Below, piece by piece: positions 53,943 to 64,000 of a DNA stretch of 64,000 bases. Numbering within the stretch: the stretch's first letter is position 1; each line of letters opens with the position of its first letter. The position numbers and the translations under genes were made by a program. Origin of the DNA: Dendrobates tinctorius (lineage: Eukaryota); NCBI RefSeq assembly GCF_039654945.1, contig NW_027361797.1:38068001-38132000 (forward strand), read 5' to 3'. A model generated the notes under the pieces. That model had not been told where the DNA came from and ran no database searches. It was given only the letters and a program-made list of their open reading frames with translations.

Positions 53943-55426
53943 CAGTGGCATGTAAAAGTTTGGGCACCCCTGGTCAAAATTACTGTTATTGTGACCAGTT
54001 AAGCAAGTTGAAGATGGAATGATCTCTAAAAGGGCTAAAGTTAAAGATGACACATTTTCTCTGTATTTTAGGCCAAAAAAATTATATATTGTCATTTTTT
54101 ATATATTAAAGATTACAATAAGGAAAATAGGCCAATGCAACAGTTTGGGCACCCTGCATAGTTAGTACCTAGTAGCACTCCCTTTTAAAAATATCACAGC
54201 TTGTAAACGCTTCTTTCAATTCTTGTTTGATGGATTTTCATCCATTCTTCCTTGGAAAATTCTTCCATTTCTGTGAGATTCCTGGGTCATCTTGCATACA
54301 CTGCTATTTTGAGGACTAGCCACAGATTTTCAATGATGATCGAATCGGGGGACTGTGAGGGCCATTGAAAAACCTTTAGCTGTCGCCTTTTGAGGTAGTC
54401 TATTGTGGATTTTGATGTGTGTGATCATTATCCATTTGTAGAAGCCATCCTGTTTTCAAATTCAGCTTTTTTACACATGGTGTTATGTTTGCATCAAGAA
54501 TTTGTTGAAATTTCATTGACTCCATTCTTCCCTCTACCTGTGAAATGTTCCCTGTGCCATTGTCTGCAACACAACTCCAAAGCATGATTGATCCATCCCC
54601 ATGCTTAATGGTTGGAGAGATGTTCTTTTCCTGAAATTCTATGCAATTTTTTTCTTTGCACATACCTTTGATCATTGCGACCAAAGAGTTTTATTTTAAC
54701 TTCAATGATTCACAGGACTTGTTTCTAAAATGCATTGGGCTTGTTTAGATGTTGTTTTGCGTACCTCTGATGCTGAATTTTATGGTGAGGGTGCAGGAGA
54801 GGTTTTCTTCTGATGACTCTTCCATGAAGGCCATATTTGATATGGTGTCTCTGAACAGTAGAACAATTACCACAACTCCAGAATCTGCTAAATCTTTCTG
54901 AAGGTCTTTTGCAGTAAAGTGGGGGTTCTGATATGCATTTCTAGCAATCCTAAAAGCAGCTCTCTCTGAAATTTTGCTTGGCCTCCCAGACCTTATCTTG
55001 ACCTCCACTGTTCCTGTAAACTGCTATTTCTGAATTACATATTGAACTGACTGTTTTTTCGCACAAGGTTAGAGGAGGCTATGTGTTTCTAAACCTGTGG
55101 AATCTGCATCAGCTGGCCTTTCCTAACATTGAGGGTGAACAAGCCATATCCCTTACAGGCTAATTAAGGTCTGAAACCTTGGTCAAAGTTATCTGAGCAC
55201 ACAAATCTCCAAAGGTGCCCAAACTTTAGCATCGGACCATTTTTCTTTTCGTAATTTATAAAATGTGAAAAAATGACAATGTGTATTACTTTTTAGCCTA
55301 AAATACAAAACAAATGTGTCATCTTTAACTTTAGGCCTTTTAGAGATCATTTTATCTTCATCTTGCTTAACTGTTCACAATAACAGTAATTTTGACCAGG
55401 GGTGCCTAAACTTTTCCATGCCACTG
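53943..55426 (-). mobile_element. Degenerate Tc1-family transposon in METTL9 intron 4
   Basis: TA-CAGTGGCATGTAAAAGTTTGGGCACCCC ... CATGCCACTG-TA; long TIRs; fragments PTIKHGDGSIMLW, LQMDND and RSGRPSKIS. Confidence 0.9.
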
Positions 55427-56926
55427 TAAGGCTTGTATAGGGCGCCATCACATCAAGTGTCTGGCTTACAGCCCATTAGTGACTCCTATATTATTAGATC
55501 AGACGCCTGCCCAGCATTATGTAAGTGCACCCCACAAGGACAGACACCCCAGATATTCTAAAGGGTCTGGCTGCTCTCTGCTTAGGATGAAAAATATGCA
55601 ATAAAAAGATGTATAAAATACATGAGAGACGGGAGAATATTTTGACCAAAATACGCATCTTGCGTGCTTGTGTATTTTGCACAAAATATTGGCTAATAAC
55701 TCATGTACTTTATACATTTTTACAAATTTTTTTATTGCACATTTTTGCATGCCCTTTACTGTTAGTTGGGTGAATCGGGGTCTCTTGACTTTGTGGGGGG
55801 CACCTATATAATGCTGGACTGCCCTCCTGATCTAATAGTACGGGCGTCATCAGTGGGCTGTAAGTCGGACACTGTGCATCACACGTACCTGTGTGGCTGG
55901 CACCCTACACAATTCTTATCCGTGTGCCCTTAGGCACCCCCTCCATGTGGTTGTATCATCTGTATTTTGCCCTATATTGCCTCCGCCTTTATCATGGGGG
56001 CTGCTGCATCCTGCAGTGCATTTAATCTTGGGTGTTGGTAACTGCGGCCGCATTTATCAGGTGTTGGTTGAGAACTTTTTTTCAGTTTTCTTTTGCTATA
56101 AATAATTTGTCTTTAACTCTGTAACGTGCACTGCTGGACAGATGACTGTAAACCATGGAGTAAGGGGTCACAGAATACATCCACATGATCGTTACGTTTG
56201 CAGCATTTACTGCAATCACTTTTTTCCACATTTATAAAAGTTCCACATAAGTACGGTAATGACTCCTGTATAAATGTCGGCGCAGGGGATGTCACGGGTG
56301 TTTGTGTTGCCTTGTTTGCAGATATAAAATAAATTTACAGCTGCATTCAGCGACATCAGGATAGTCCAAGTATGGAGCTAAAGAGTCACGAAATGTGCAT
56401 CCACGTATCACACTTTACGTGGCTTCTGTACATTTTCAAGGGTGATCTATCGGGCCCTATGTTGTGCAAAATCGTATATGGCTCCTTTCTCGGATGGGAT
56501 TTAAGCTGTCATTCCTGGTTTTCTGATCTGTCATCAGAGCAGAAAAAACAAAATGCGCTGAATCCGTCCCCAACTGCCCCCGATGAACCCTGCTTATAAT
56601 CAGACATATAATCCGAGCCATCTGATTCCGTCCTGGATTTTTAAGAGAAAAATACAAGATTATTCTTCTATAGCGGAGCCACCGACGCAGATGTGAACGC
56701 AGCACTTTTACTCTTCTCCACCATCCGTTCCTGACATCAGAACATTGGATTCTTGGATCACCCGGAACTGATTCCTACTCATCAGTCCGAGTATTTCAGT
56801 AACCGGGCACTTGGTGTTTTTGAGATTTTATTAATTAAATATTTTAATAACTTTTTACATATTTTCTGTCTTTTCCTCACACCGATTGGTCAGTACATTC
56901 CAGCCTTATGCTTCGGAGGAGCCGGT

Positions 56927-56980
56927 TCAGTCTAAATCTTGTGTATTCTGGTAGATTTGTTCATCCTCTATGACCTGGTT
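56927..56980 (-). CDS. IGSF6: IGSF6 last coding exon
   Basis: Acceptor ttcttaacag; NQVIEDEQIYQNTQDLD* with a YxN tyrosine motif (human YEN); minus-strand AATAAA at 56827-56832. Confidence 0.8.
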   Translation of the reverse strand, partial: NQVIEDEQIYQNTQDLD

Positions 56981-57988
56981 CTGTTAAGAAAGGAGTCGGA
57001 TATTTGGATTAGGAGGAAATTGTTGGTGGTTCTTGAGCTCACCTGACATGCTGCGCTAATCCCAGGACTGGTTGACCCCCACCCGGGGCTCTTTGGGGCA
57101 ATGCTTTTTGTAAACAGGAGATGACCGCCACATGTCTGGCTCAATTAACCCACAGCGATCAATCAGCTGTCATTTTGGCTACTCCTAGCCATAGATTTCC
57201 CTTGCATTGGGAAATTATAGCTTGCCGTAGTAGCCATTCAGATGGGTGGACTACCATGTCATGCAGGGCAGACCCAGACCATTACAGTGACAGTTGATTT
57301 AAAGTACCACAAATCTCCAAAAGATCACTGTTTGAATAAGGTAGCGTAGCACATGCATGGCCAACCATCTACTTACTTCTGTGAGATAGTCACCAATACC
57401 ACAGAAGTGAATGGAGTGGCTGTCACACATTCATGCAGGGGAATATGTCCTGATTATAGGGGTTACTGGACCCCTACCCGACATATATTTATCAGCTATC
57501 CTCCCATAGGTGATAAATGTGTTTAGTGGAAAATGCTCTGCAAGGTGCCGACAGAGCTCAGATAGCGGTCAGCGAGCTTTGCTCCATCCTTCTTTCCACG
57601 GGCAAATTACGACGTCAGCGAGCCAGACATCTAGAGGTAGAGGAGTCTAGCAGTGGCTCTAGCCTAGGGAATGCAGGAGCGCTCCTGTGTATGGGGGTGT
57701 CAGGAGAGAGAGCTGTCGGACAACTATCCATTGTGTATGGGGGACTTTATTAGCTGGATCTGTCGTGGTCTGAACCTTCCATAGTTGCTCTCCATTCTAA
57801 CTTCTAGACGAGAGACTGAGTGAGAAGACCACTTCTGTCATCAAAGGGCCCTAGTAAGGGATTGCCCTTTTTGTGGGTAAGTTCCTTTACTGAAAGTGAC
57901 AGCATTCCTAAATATGTTCCTGAATGTGGCGCTGTGTCTGAGGCTCGCCTATATCGGAGTGACGTTTTAAGCACCAATCAAGACTTAC

Positions 57989-58069
57989 TGGTTTTCTGGT
58001 TTTCCCAGGATACCTCTTGTGGTATTCCGCTGCAATGGCCTGAAAAATACTTCTTGTCTTGAAAGTTCT
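57989..58069 (-). CDS. IGSF6: IGSF6 exon 5
   Basis: RTFKTRSIFQAIAAEYHKRYPGKTRKP matches the recalled human RRIFQEIAQELYHKRH; acceptor tcttacag, donor |GTAAGT; 81 nt. Confidence 0.87.
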
Positions 58070-58147
58070 CTGTAAGAAGAGAGAAAAGTTTTATAGATCG
58101 CGAGATACTATTCCATAAAGCAGAAATGGAGCACAAGCATCCCTTAC

Positions 58148-58207
58148 ATTGCTTCTCATAGTGACGCCGCGCTTGCTTCGTAGACATTTCCACATTCTCC
58201 ATTTTGC
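58148..58207 (-). CDS. IGSF6: IGSF6 exon 4 (basic juxtamembrane segment)
   Basis: Acceptor cttttacag; AKWRMWKCLRSKRGVTMRSN; donor |GTAAGG; 60 nt, phase 0-0. Confidence 0.75.
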
Positions 58208-59024
58208 CTGTAAAAGTTTTAAAATGTTGTTTAATATTGTGTCTCAAAAACTGAATATTCTACTGGCTGATGAATAAGAAAAATGCAAAGTGCATGGGTT
58301 GCACGTGCATTATTGCAGTTTATCAAAATTCACTTTCCTGAGGCCGAGACTCATTACCAGTCGCAACCCGGGGACCACCGTGGCGCCATTTCTGAAAGAA
58401 AGTAGCCATGGTTTTCTAATACATACAGTCGCTCTACATTGATGCATTGATTAATAACCCAAATTACAATTTTGACATTTCAGTGGATCATATTGATGGG
58501 AGGTCCAGGTGCAGAGACATTCTTTGGTCACTTTAAGGAAGCGGCACAAGCTCCGGGCTCAGCGATGTGCCGCCGAAGGCTGACTATTGGCACCACTTTC
58601 GCCATTGTGGCTTTAGATTTACAGGAATGTCCTTTTATTAGATCTTCCTGTCGTGGTGTTAATATCTATATTAGTCACTTTGGGTAATGCCGACTTCTCT
58701 TTATTCAGTGGTTTACAGCTCTATATGACCGAACGTGCTCGGGTAAGGTGTTATCTGAGCATGTTCGGGGGCTAAAGTCCCCGCCGCTGCATGTCTTGCG
58801 GCTCTTCGACAGCCACAACACATGCAGGGATTACTTGTTTGTTAGGCAATTACTACGTATTGTAGCTGTCAAACAGCCGCAAGACATGGAGCCATGGGGA
58901 CTCGAATATATTATTTGAGCACGCCGAAGACTCTCGGTTAGCCCCCGAGCATGCTGAGATAACACCTTCTCCCAGCACGTTCGTTCATCACACTCTCTTA
59001 TTTTATTAGACACATAGTACTCAC

Positions 59025-59128
59025 CTTGAAGGAGTAATAAAAAAACGCCGCTATACAATAGATGAGCGTCAGTGTGCACAGGACCATTAGAGCGATATTG
59101 GTTGGTGTAAGCACCACGTCGGCTTTCT
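59025..59128 (-). CDS. IGSF6: IGSF6 transmembrane exon (exon 3)
   Basis: Acceptor ttccattgcag; (E)KADVVLTPTNIALMVLCTLTLIYCIAAFFYYSFK; donor AAG|GTGAGT; phase 1-0. Confidence 0.85.
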
Positions 59129-61603
59129 CTGCAATGGAAGAGAAGTAATAATTACTGGTTTTGAAAAAGGATTTCCAGGAGAAAGAAATCAGCTTAGGAA
59201 CAGGATTGTCAACCGTCCTGAAATTCCCGAACAGTCTGCAAAAAATAGGGCACTTTCTTCCCCTGTCCGAAAAAAAAAAAAAAAAAAAGCCTGTGATTTT
59301 TTTTTTTTATTTTTTTTTTTTTTAAGCTGCAGAGACTTGTACAGATTCGTATGACTGTATTTAGCACTCGTTTTACAGTTCACAGTGAAAGCAGCTAGGA
59401 TTTATGGTCTGTAGACATGTATCACAGAGCTAGAGGATGAGGCTGGCTTAGCTGTTGTGCTATCGGCCAACCCCCTTCATACACTGCACTTGCCACACGC
59501 TGACCCTGGCAGCTCTGTTCTGTGTTAGTATGGGACTGGCGGTGCAACAGCAGGGGCCAGGACAAGTGTAGCTAGGGGGGAACAGGACCCCAAAGGTAAA
59601 AACGCTATTAGAATGTTACGGTATATATTTCACTACTTGCAGATGATTTTATCATTCTATTCCCTCCGAGGCTCATCCCATAGCAAGATTGATCGCAGTG
59701 ACTGTCAAGTAATATGCTCGACCGAAAAGCATCTTAAGATCTTTACATATTTTCCTCTAAGGGTTTTTTTTTTCCTCTCGTTTGATCTTTTCTCACAGCC
59801 GTCAGGGTTGTGTGCATTTCTCAATACTTGCAAATAGTTGTAGTATATTGCGGCCATTTGCGATCACACTTATTGCGCAACTCTGTGCATTCCTGTGACA
59901 CCACACACAAGACGGCTACTTCCCTGCTAATACTACCGTCACGGCCGAAAGTGTTGGCACCCTTGAAATTGTCCCTAAAAATGAAGCGTTTCGCCCAGAA
60001 AATGACTGCAGTTACACATGTTTTGTTATTACACATGTTTATTTCCTTTTATGTGTATTGGAACAGCACAAAAAAAAGTGGGGGAAAAAAGGCAGATCGG
60101 ACATAATTTCACACACAACCTCAAAAATGGGACGGTCAAAATTGTCACCTTTTAAAAAAATGTGTGTAAACGACTTTGTTTCAAGCATGTGATGCTCGTT
60201 CAAACTTACCTGTGGCAAGTAACAGGTGTTGGCAATATGAAAGCCACACCTGAAACCACATAAAAAGGCAGGAATATACATATATTTATTTATTTTATTT
60301 TTTTAGCTCTCTTCATGTCTGTGTTTAAAGTATAATCCCCTAATTCCATCATCTGTTAGGGTGCATTAATGGATGAAATTATTTTTCACCTTGCTTAAAA
60401 ATTTTTTTTTTTACCAGCACGTCTTCCTGTGTAAACCTGACTTGTATACTTGAAATTTTAATTATTTTGTAATAAAACTTATCAGAGAAAATTTGCTTTT
60501 TTCTCCTCTGGACTGATCTTTCTTTCTCAAAATTCTCAATTGTTTTGTAAAAATTCTGTCTTCAGTGAATACAGATTTTCCCATTACGTAGCTAGGAGAT
60601 GACAGTTGGTGCTCATAATGTTCTGTAGAAGGAGGGAGGAGCTAAAGGCACACAGACATTCTACTGCAAGTTCCATAGAACTTTATGAGCACCAACTGTC
60701 ATCTCCTATCTAAGTAATGAGAAAATCTGTATTCACTAAATACAAATTTTACCGATTTTTTTTATTTTTATTTTTTTATCCACGAATTGAGTGAAGGATC
60801 AATCTAATAGAAAGAAGCAGATTTCCCTGATATGATATATTATAAAATCTTTTTTTACGTGTACTTTTGATCTGTGAAATAAAAATGAAAACAACTGTTA
60901 CTTAATAACCATTTAAGCGCAAAAAAAAAAAAAAAATACCCCAAAGAATCGCAAAAATTTGCCAGAAATATCTGGTGTACATAAAATCATGCCAGTCACA
61001 AATGATGAATCGAGGGAAAACATCTGGAAACCTCAAACTCTGCTCACTATGGCGAAAACCTATATTAAAAAAAAACAAAAAAACACACACACAGGTTTGG
61101 TATAAAAAGAGCACAAATTTAGAATTAGGCACAAGTGAAAAACAGGCTTAAAAGAGAAAAAAAACTAGACCAAAAAAGGCGCAAATGCAATAGTGAATCA
61201 AGCTCTTAGTCGTTCATCTGATAATCCAGAATATCCGTAAGAGTTTGGACTAGCCAATCTGTGGCTGTTAAACAACCGGCATTCGGGGTACCTAGAAGCC
61301 ATGGTGGTTGTCTAGCACCCGGCGTAGACAAGCCGACGGCGCTCGAGACGCTCACAGAACGGTCATTGATGCAACAGTTCGGTGTGGATAAGGTATCATT
61401 GTTCTTGGCAGCACATGTCCTGGTTAGACAGGTGGATGTGCTGCCGAGAACGATGAGGCTTAAAAGTCATTTCACCCAACGAACAAGCGTTTTGTCCGAT
61501 CGTTGGGTGATTGGCAGCCTGAATAGGCATTCAGATTATCGGGAAGGAGTGTTTATAGTAATGCTTGCTCGGATAATGCACCTTAGGGTCAGTCTTGTTC
61601 TAC

Positions 61604-61939
61604 CTCGTATTATTAGCGTTGTTCCTTGTCCTGCGGCCTTTGACGTGGCTTTTGAAGATTGGGGAAATACTAAGCCACAAATATATATTCCGCTGTCCTC
61701 CGTGACTATTTGCTCGATTTTCAGCAGGCTTATCTCAGCGTTATTCTCGACCTTGAACCGGTTCCCATCACCTGGGTTTAGTATTTCGTACGTAGAAGCC
61801 AGATATCGAAACCAGAAGATGGACTTTGTGCCCGGACAGTTCTTGGCCTTATACCCACATGACACGTTGGCTGTTTTCTGCTCCAGTAATGCCTCCGAAA
61901 ACGGCTTCTGCGTCACCTCCACCGCACAGCCCCCGGCAC
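61604..61939 (-). CDS. IGSF6: Immunoglobulin superfamily member 6, Ig V-domain exon (exon 2)
   Basis: GAGGCAVEVTQ...VSC...WFRY...EDSGIYICGLVFP...GQGTTLIIR, a canonical V-set with J-like end; phase 1-1, 336 nt; antisense within METTL9 intron 4 as in mammals. Confidence 0.92.
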
Positions 61940-63225
61940 CTAGAGGATGAAGCGGCACAGACATGAGTCTTATCACTTTTCATTGGGGGTTAGTTCATGT
62001 ACTATCCTAAATCGATCATAAATCTGTTTATATGTGGCAATCCCATGAGCAGCCGGTGTCAAAATGGTTGTTTTCGACTGGTCTGAAAGTGTGTCCTTGG
62101 TCGTCGGCCATTACTGTTACAATGGCGGTGTGTCTCCAAGTAGATGTTAAGGAAATGCTATATTTACAGCTCATTGATAGGTCTGTGTTGGGTCAGCAGA
62201 TGTGTGATTTCACACCACAGGTTTACTCCATCTGGTTATTTCCCAAGCATCGCGGCAATACGGCATTATATATTTATAGCGTCCGCTCAGACATTACTGC
62301 ATACTCCTATGTAAGATAATGGCGTTAACCCTATGAAATACTTTCTCTGTTGGCAATCGGGCCTCATTTATCAAAACTGTCTTAGTTTCCCATATCAACC
62401 AATCACAGAGCAGCTTTCATTTTTAAATAGGCTTTAGTAAAATGAAAGCTGCTGTGTGACTGGTTGTAATGGGCAGCAAGGACAATTTTGATAAATTGCC
62501 AACACAGAAAGTATTTACTAGAGATTGCACCATTAATTTACATAGGAAAATGCAGTAATGTCTGAGTGGACGCTATAAATATATAATGCTGACATAAATC
62601 TGCCCAATATGTTTTCCTCAGCTCTCCTCATTCACATAATGTACATTTAGCCCTTCTACAGTAGTAGCCACAAAACTACTAAATATAGTGCTTGTTTTTT
62701 GGCCAAACTTACAAAATCCCTGTCTCATGTAACAAGTCCCATGTAAAATATTCACCTCTTCCAGTTTTAATCAACATGTCTCTTGGTAGCATTGTCACTT
62801 CTACACCCGGTGCTGTCACGACTCTGTTGTCGGGTGTCCCAGGATCTGGGGCTCCTTATCTGTCTCTAACGCTACGGGCGCCCTAGCTTGCCCTGCTCCC
62901 CGTATTACTTCTGATGGTGAAGACTCCGGGGTCACATTCCTTGCCTTAGCTCCTGAATCCACCCTCAGTCTGTACCCTTCGCCCACCCAGGGAAGAGGGC
63001 AGTGATAGTGCACCGAAATGCACCAACCAGACTAACAAGTCGGAGCTCATTTTGGTGGAGTCGGTATAAAATGGACCGACTTCGACTCCTAAAATATATA
63101 ATAAATTGGGTAGAGTAATTCAATGCAGAATATGCTGAATATTTGGGAAAGTTATGAAATGTCCTATAAATGACTGTTATATTCCTGATCTAAGGCTACA
63201 TTCACACACAGCGTTTTTCCTGCAT

Positions 63226-64000
63226 TTTTCTCCTTCGTCTCATTGGGGGACACAGATACTGTGGGGTGCATGCTTCTGCCGCTAGGAGGCTGACACTAAG
63301 TGAAAAAAAGAGGTTAGCTCCTCCTCCGCAGTATACACCCTCGCCCCTATTGCGGGCGGAAATCAGTTTTTTTGCTTAGTGTCCTATGGAGGCACACACA
63401 GTCTGGATCTCTCCAGACTATTTTTTTTTCTAGTTTACTATGAAGATGAGACAGGGGCGACGGATCCTATTGAAAGGGTCTGATCTCCCCAAAAGATCAA
63501 CGGGCGAGCACGCGTTGAGTATCGCCTCCGCGTATACTTTCCCGCACCGAGGGACATATCTGGGACTTTTCCCCAGACTTCTATTTTTATTTGTTATTTT
63601 ATGAAGATAAGACAGGGGCACCGCGTCCTATTGAAAGGATCCGATTTCCCCAAACGATCAACGGGCGAGCTTGTGCGAGTGTCCCTCCACGTACCCTTTC
63701 CCGTGACATGAGACATTATGCCAGACTTAGCCCTGTCCACCCCTAGGTATTGAAACCATGGGCTTGCACAAAGGCACAAGACTAGTCTGTGTGGCCCCCA
63801 CTGCTCCACCAACGCGGCTGGTCGGCGCGCGATTTAAAGGAAGCATCCAGGTCGGGGGGGCGCAGGACTGGGGTAAGTGCTGCCTGAGAGGCCACGCTAT
63901 AGGGAAAAAATGAGGGGCTACCTCTTCCCCATATCGCCAGCAGCGGACAGATACATCATGTCCGGAAAAGCAAAAATGCACGTTCTTTTAAGCTGCATGC
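63226..64000 (+). mobile_element. Probable left end of a DIRS-type retrotransposon, continuing beyond the window
   Basis: TTTTCTCCTTCGTCTCATTGGGGGACACAG...CTAGGAGGCTGACAC resembles recalled frog DIRS termini; it abruptly truncates a hAT copy. No coding domain is visible in the window. Confidence 0.5.

Noticed and set aside
61604-61939. TCR or Ig V-J segment interpretation
   Set aside because: No recombination signal sequences seen; the J-like GxGT is encoded in the same exon; TM and tail exons and synteny fit IGSF6.
61261-61950. 229-aa plus-strand ORF
   Set aside because: Antisense shadow of the IGSF6 V exon; non-ATG start and no recognisable domain.
62713-62792. Candidate IGSF6 exon 1 (MLPRDMLIKTGR with a phase-1 donor)
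   Set aside because: Not hydrophobic, so not a signal peptide; the true exon is probably beyond the window.

Overview
Eukaryotic, intron-rich vertebrate DNA, most likely a frog (inferred from the repeat landscape: Tc1, hAT, TTAA-type and Harbinger-type MITEs, CR1, DIRS-like). It holds the syntenic block CDR2 - MFSD13B/TMEM180-like - METTL9 with IGSF6 nested antisense. CDR2 coding exon 1 (minus, 8384-8462) is head-to-head with a complete six-coding-exon MFS transporter gene (plus, 12540-33432, 464 aa) across a CpG/CCAAT-rich promoter. METTL9 exons 1-4 (plus, 44986-53202) follow, with the last exon outside the window. IGSF6 exons 2-6 (minus, 56927-61939) lie in METTL9 intron 4; its signal-peptide exon was not found. 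All exons were joined by hand with GT-AG ends and consistent phases. Gene names come from recalled similarity to mammalian proteins plus synteny, not from a database search. The rest is mostly transposon debris, often nested, with one 159-N assembly gap. I see no clearly new biological system. The best leads are a uORF whose stop overlaps the METTL9 ATG, an intact orphan transporter on a probable bidirectional promoter, a MITE carrying telomere-like repeats, a duplicated structured module in a DIRS-like leader and hammerhead-like cores.
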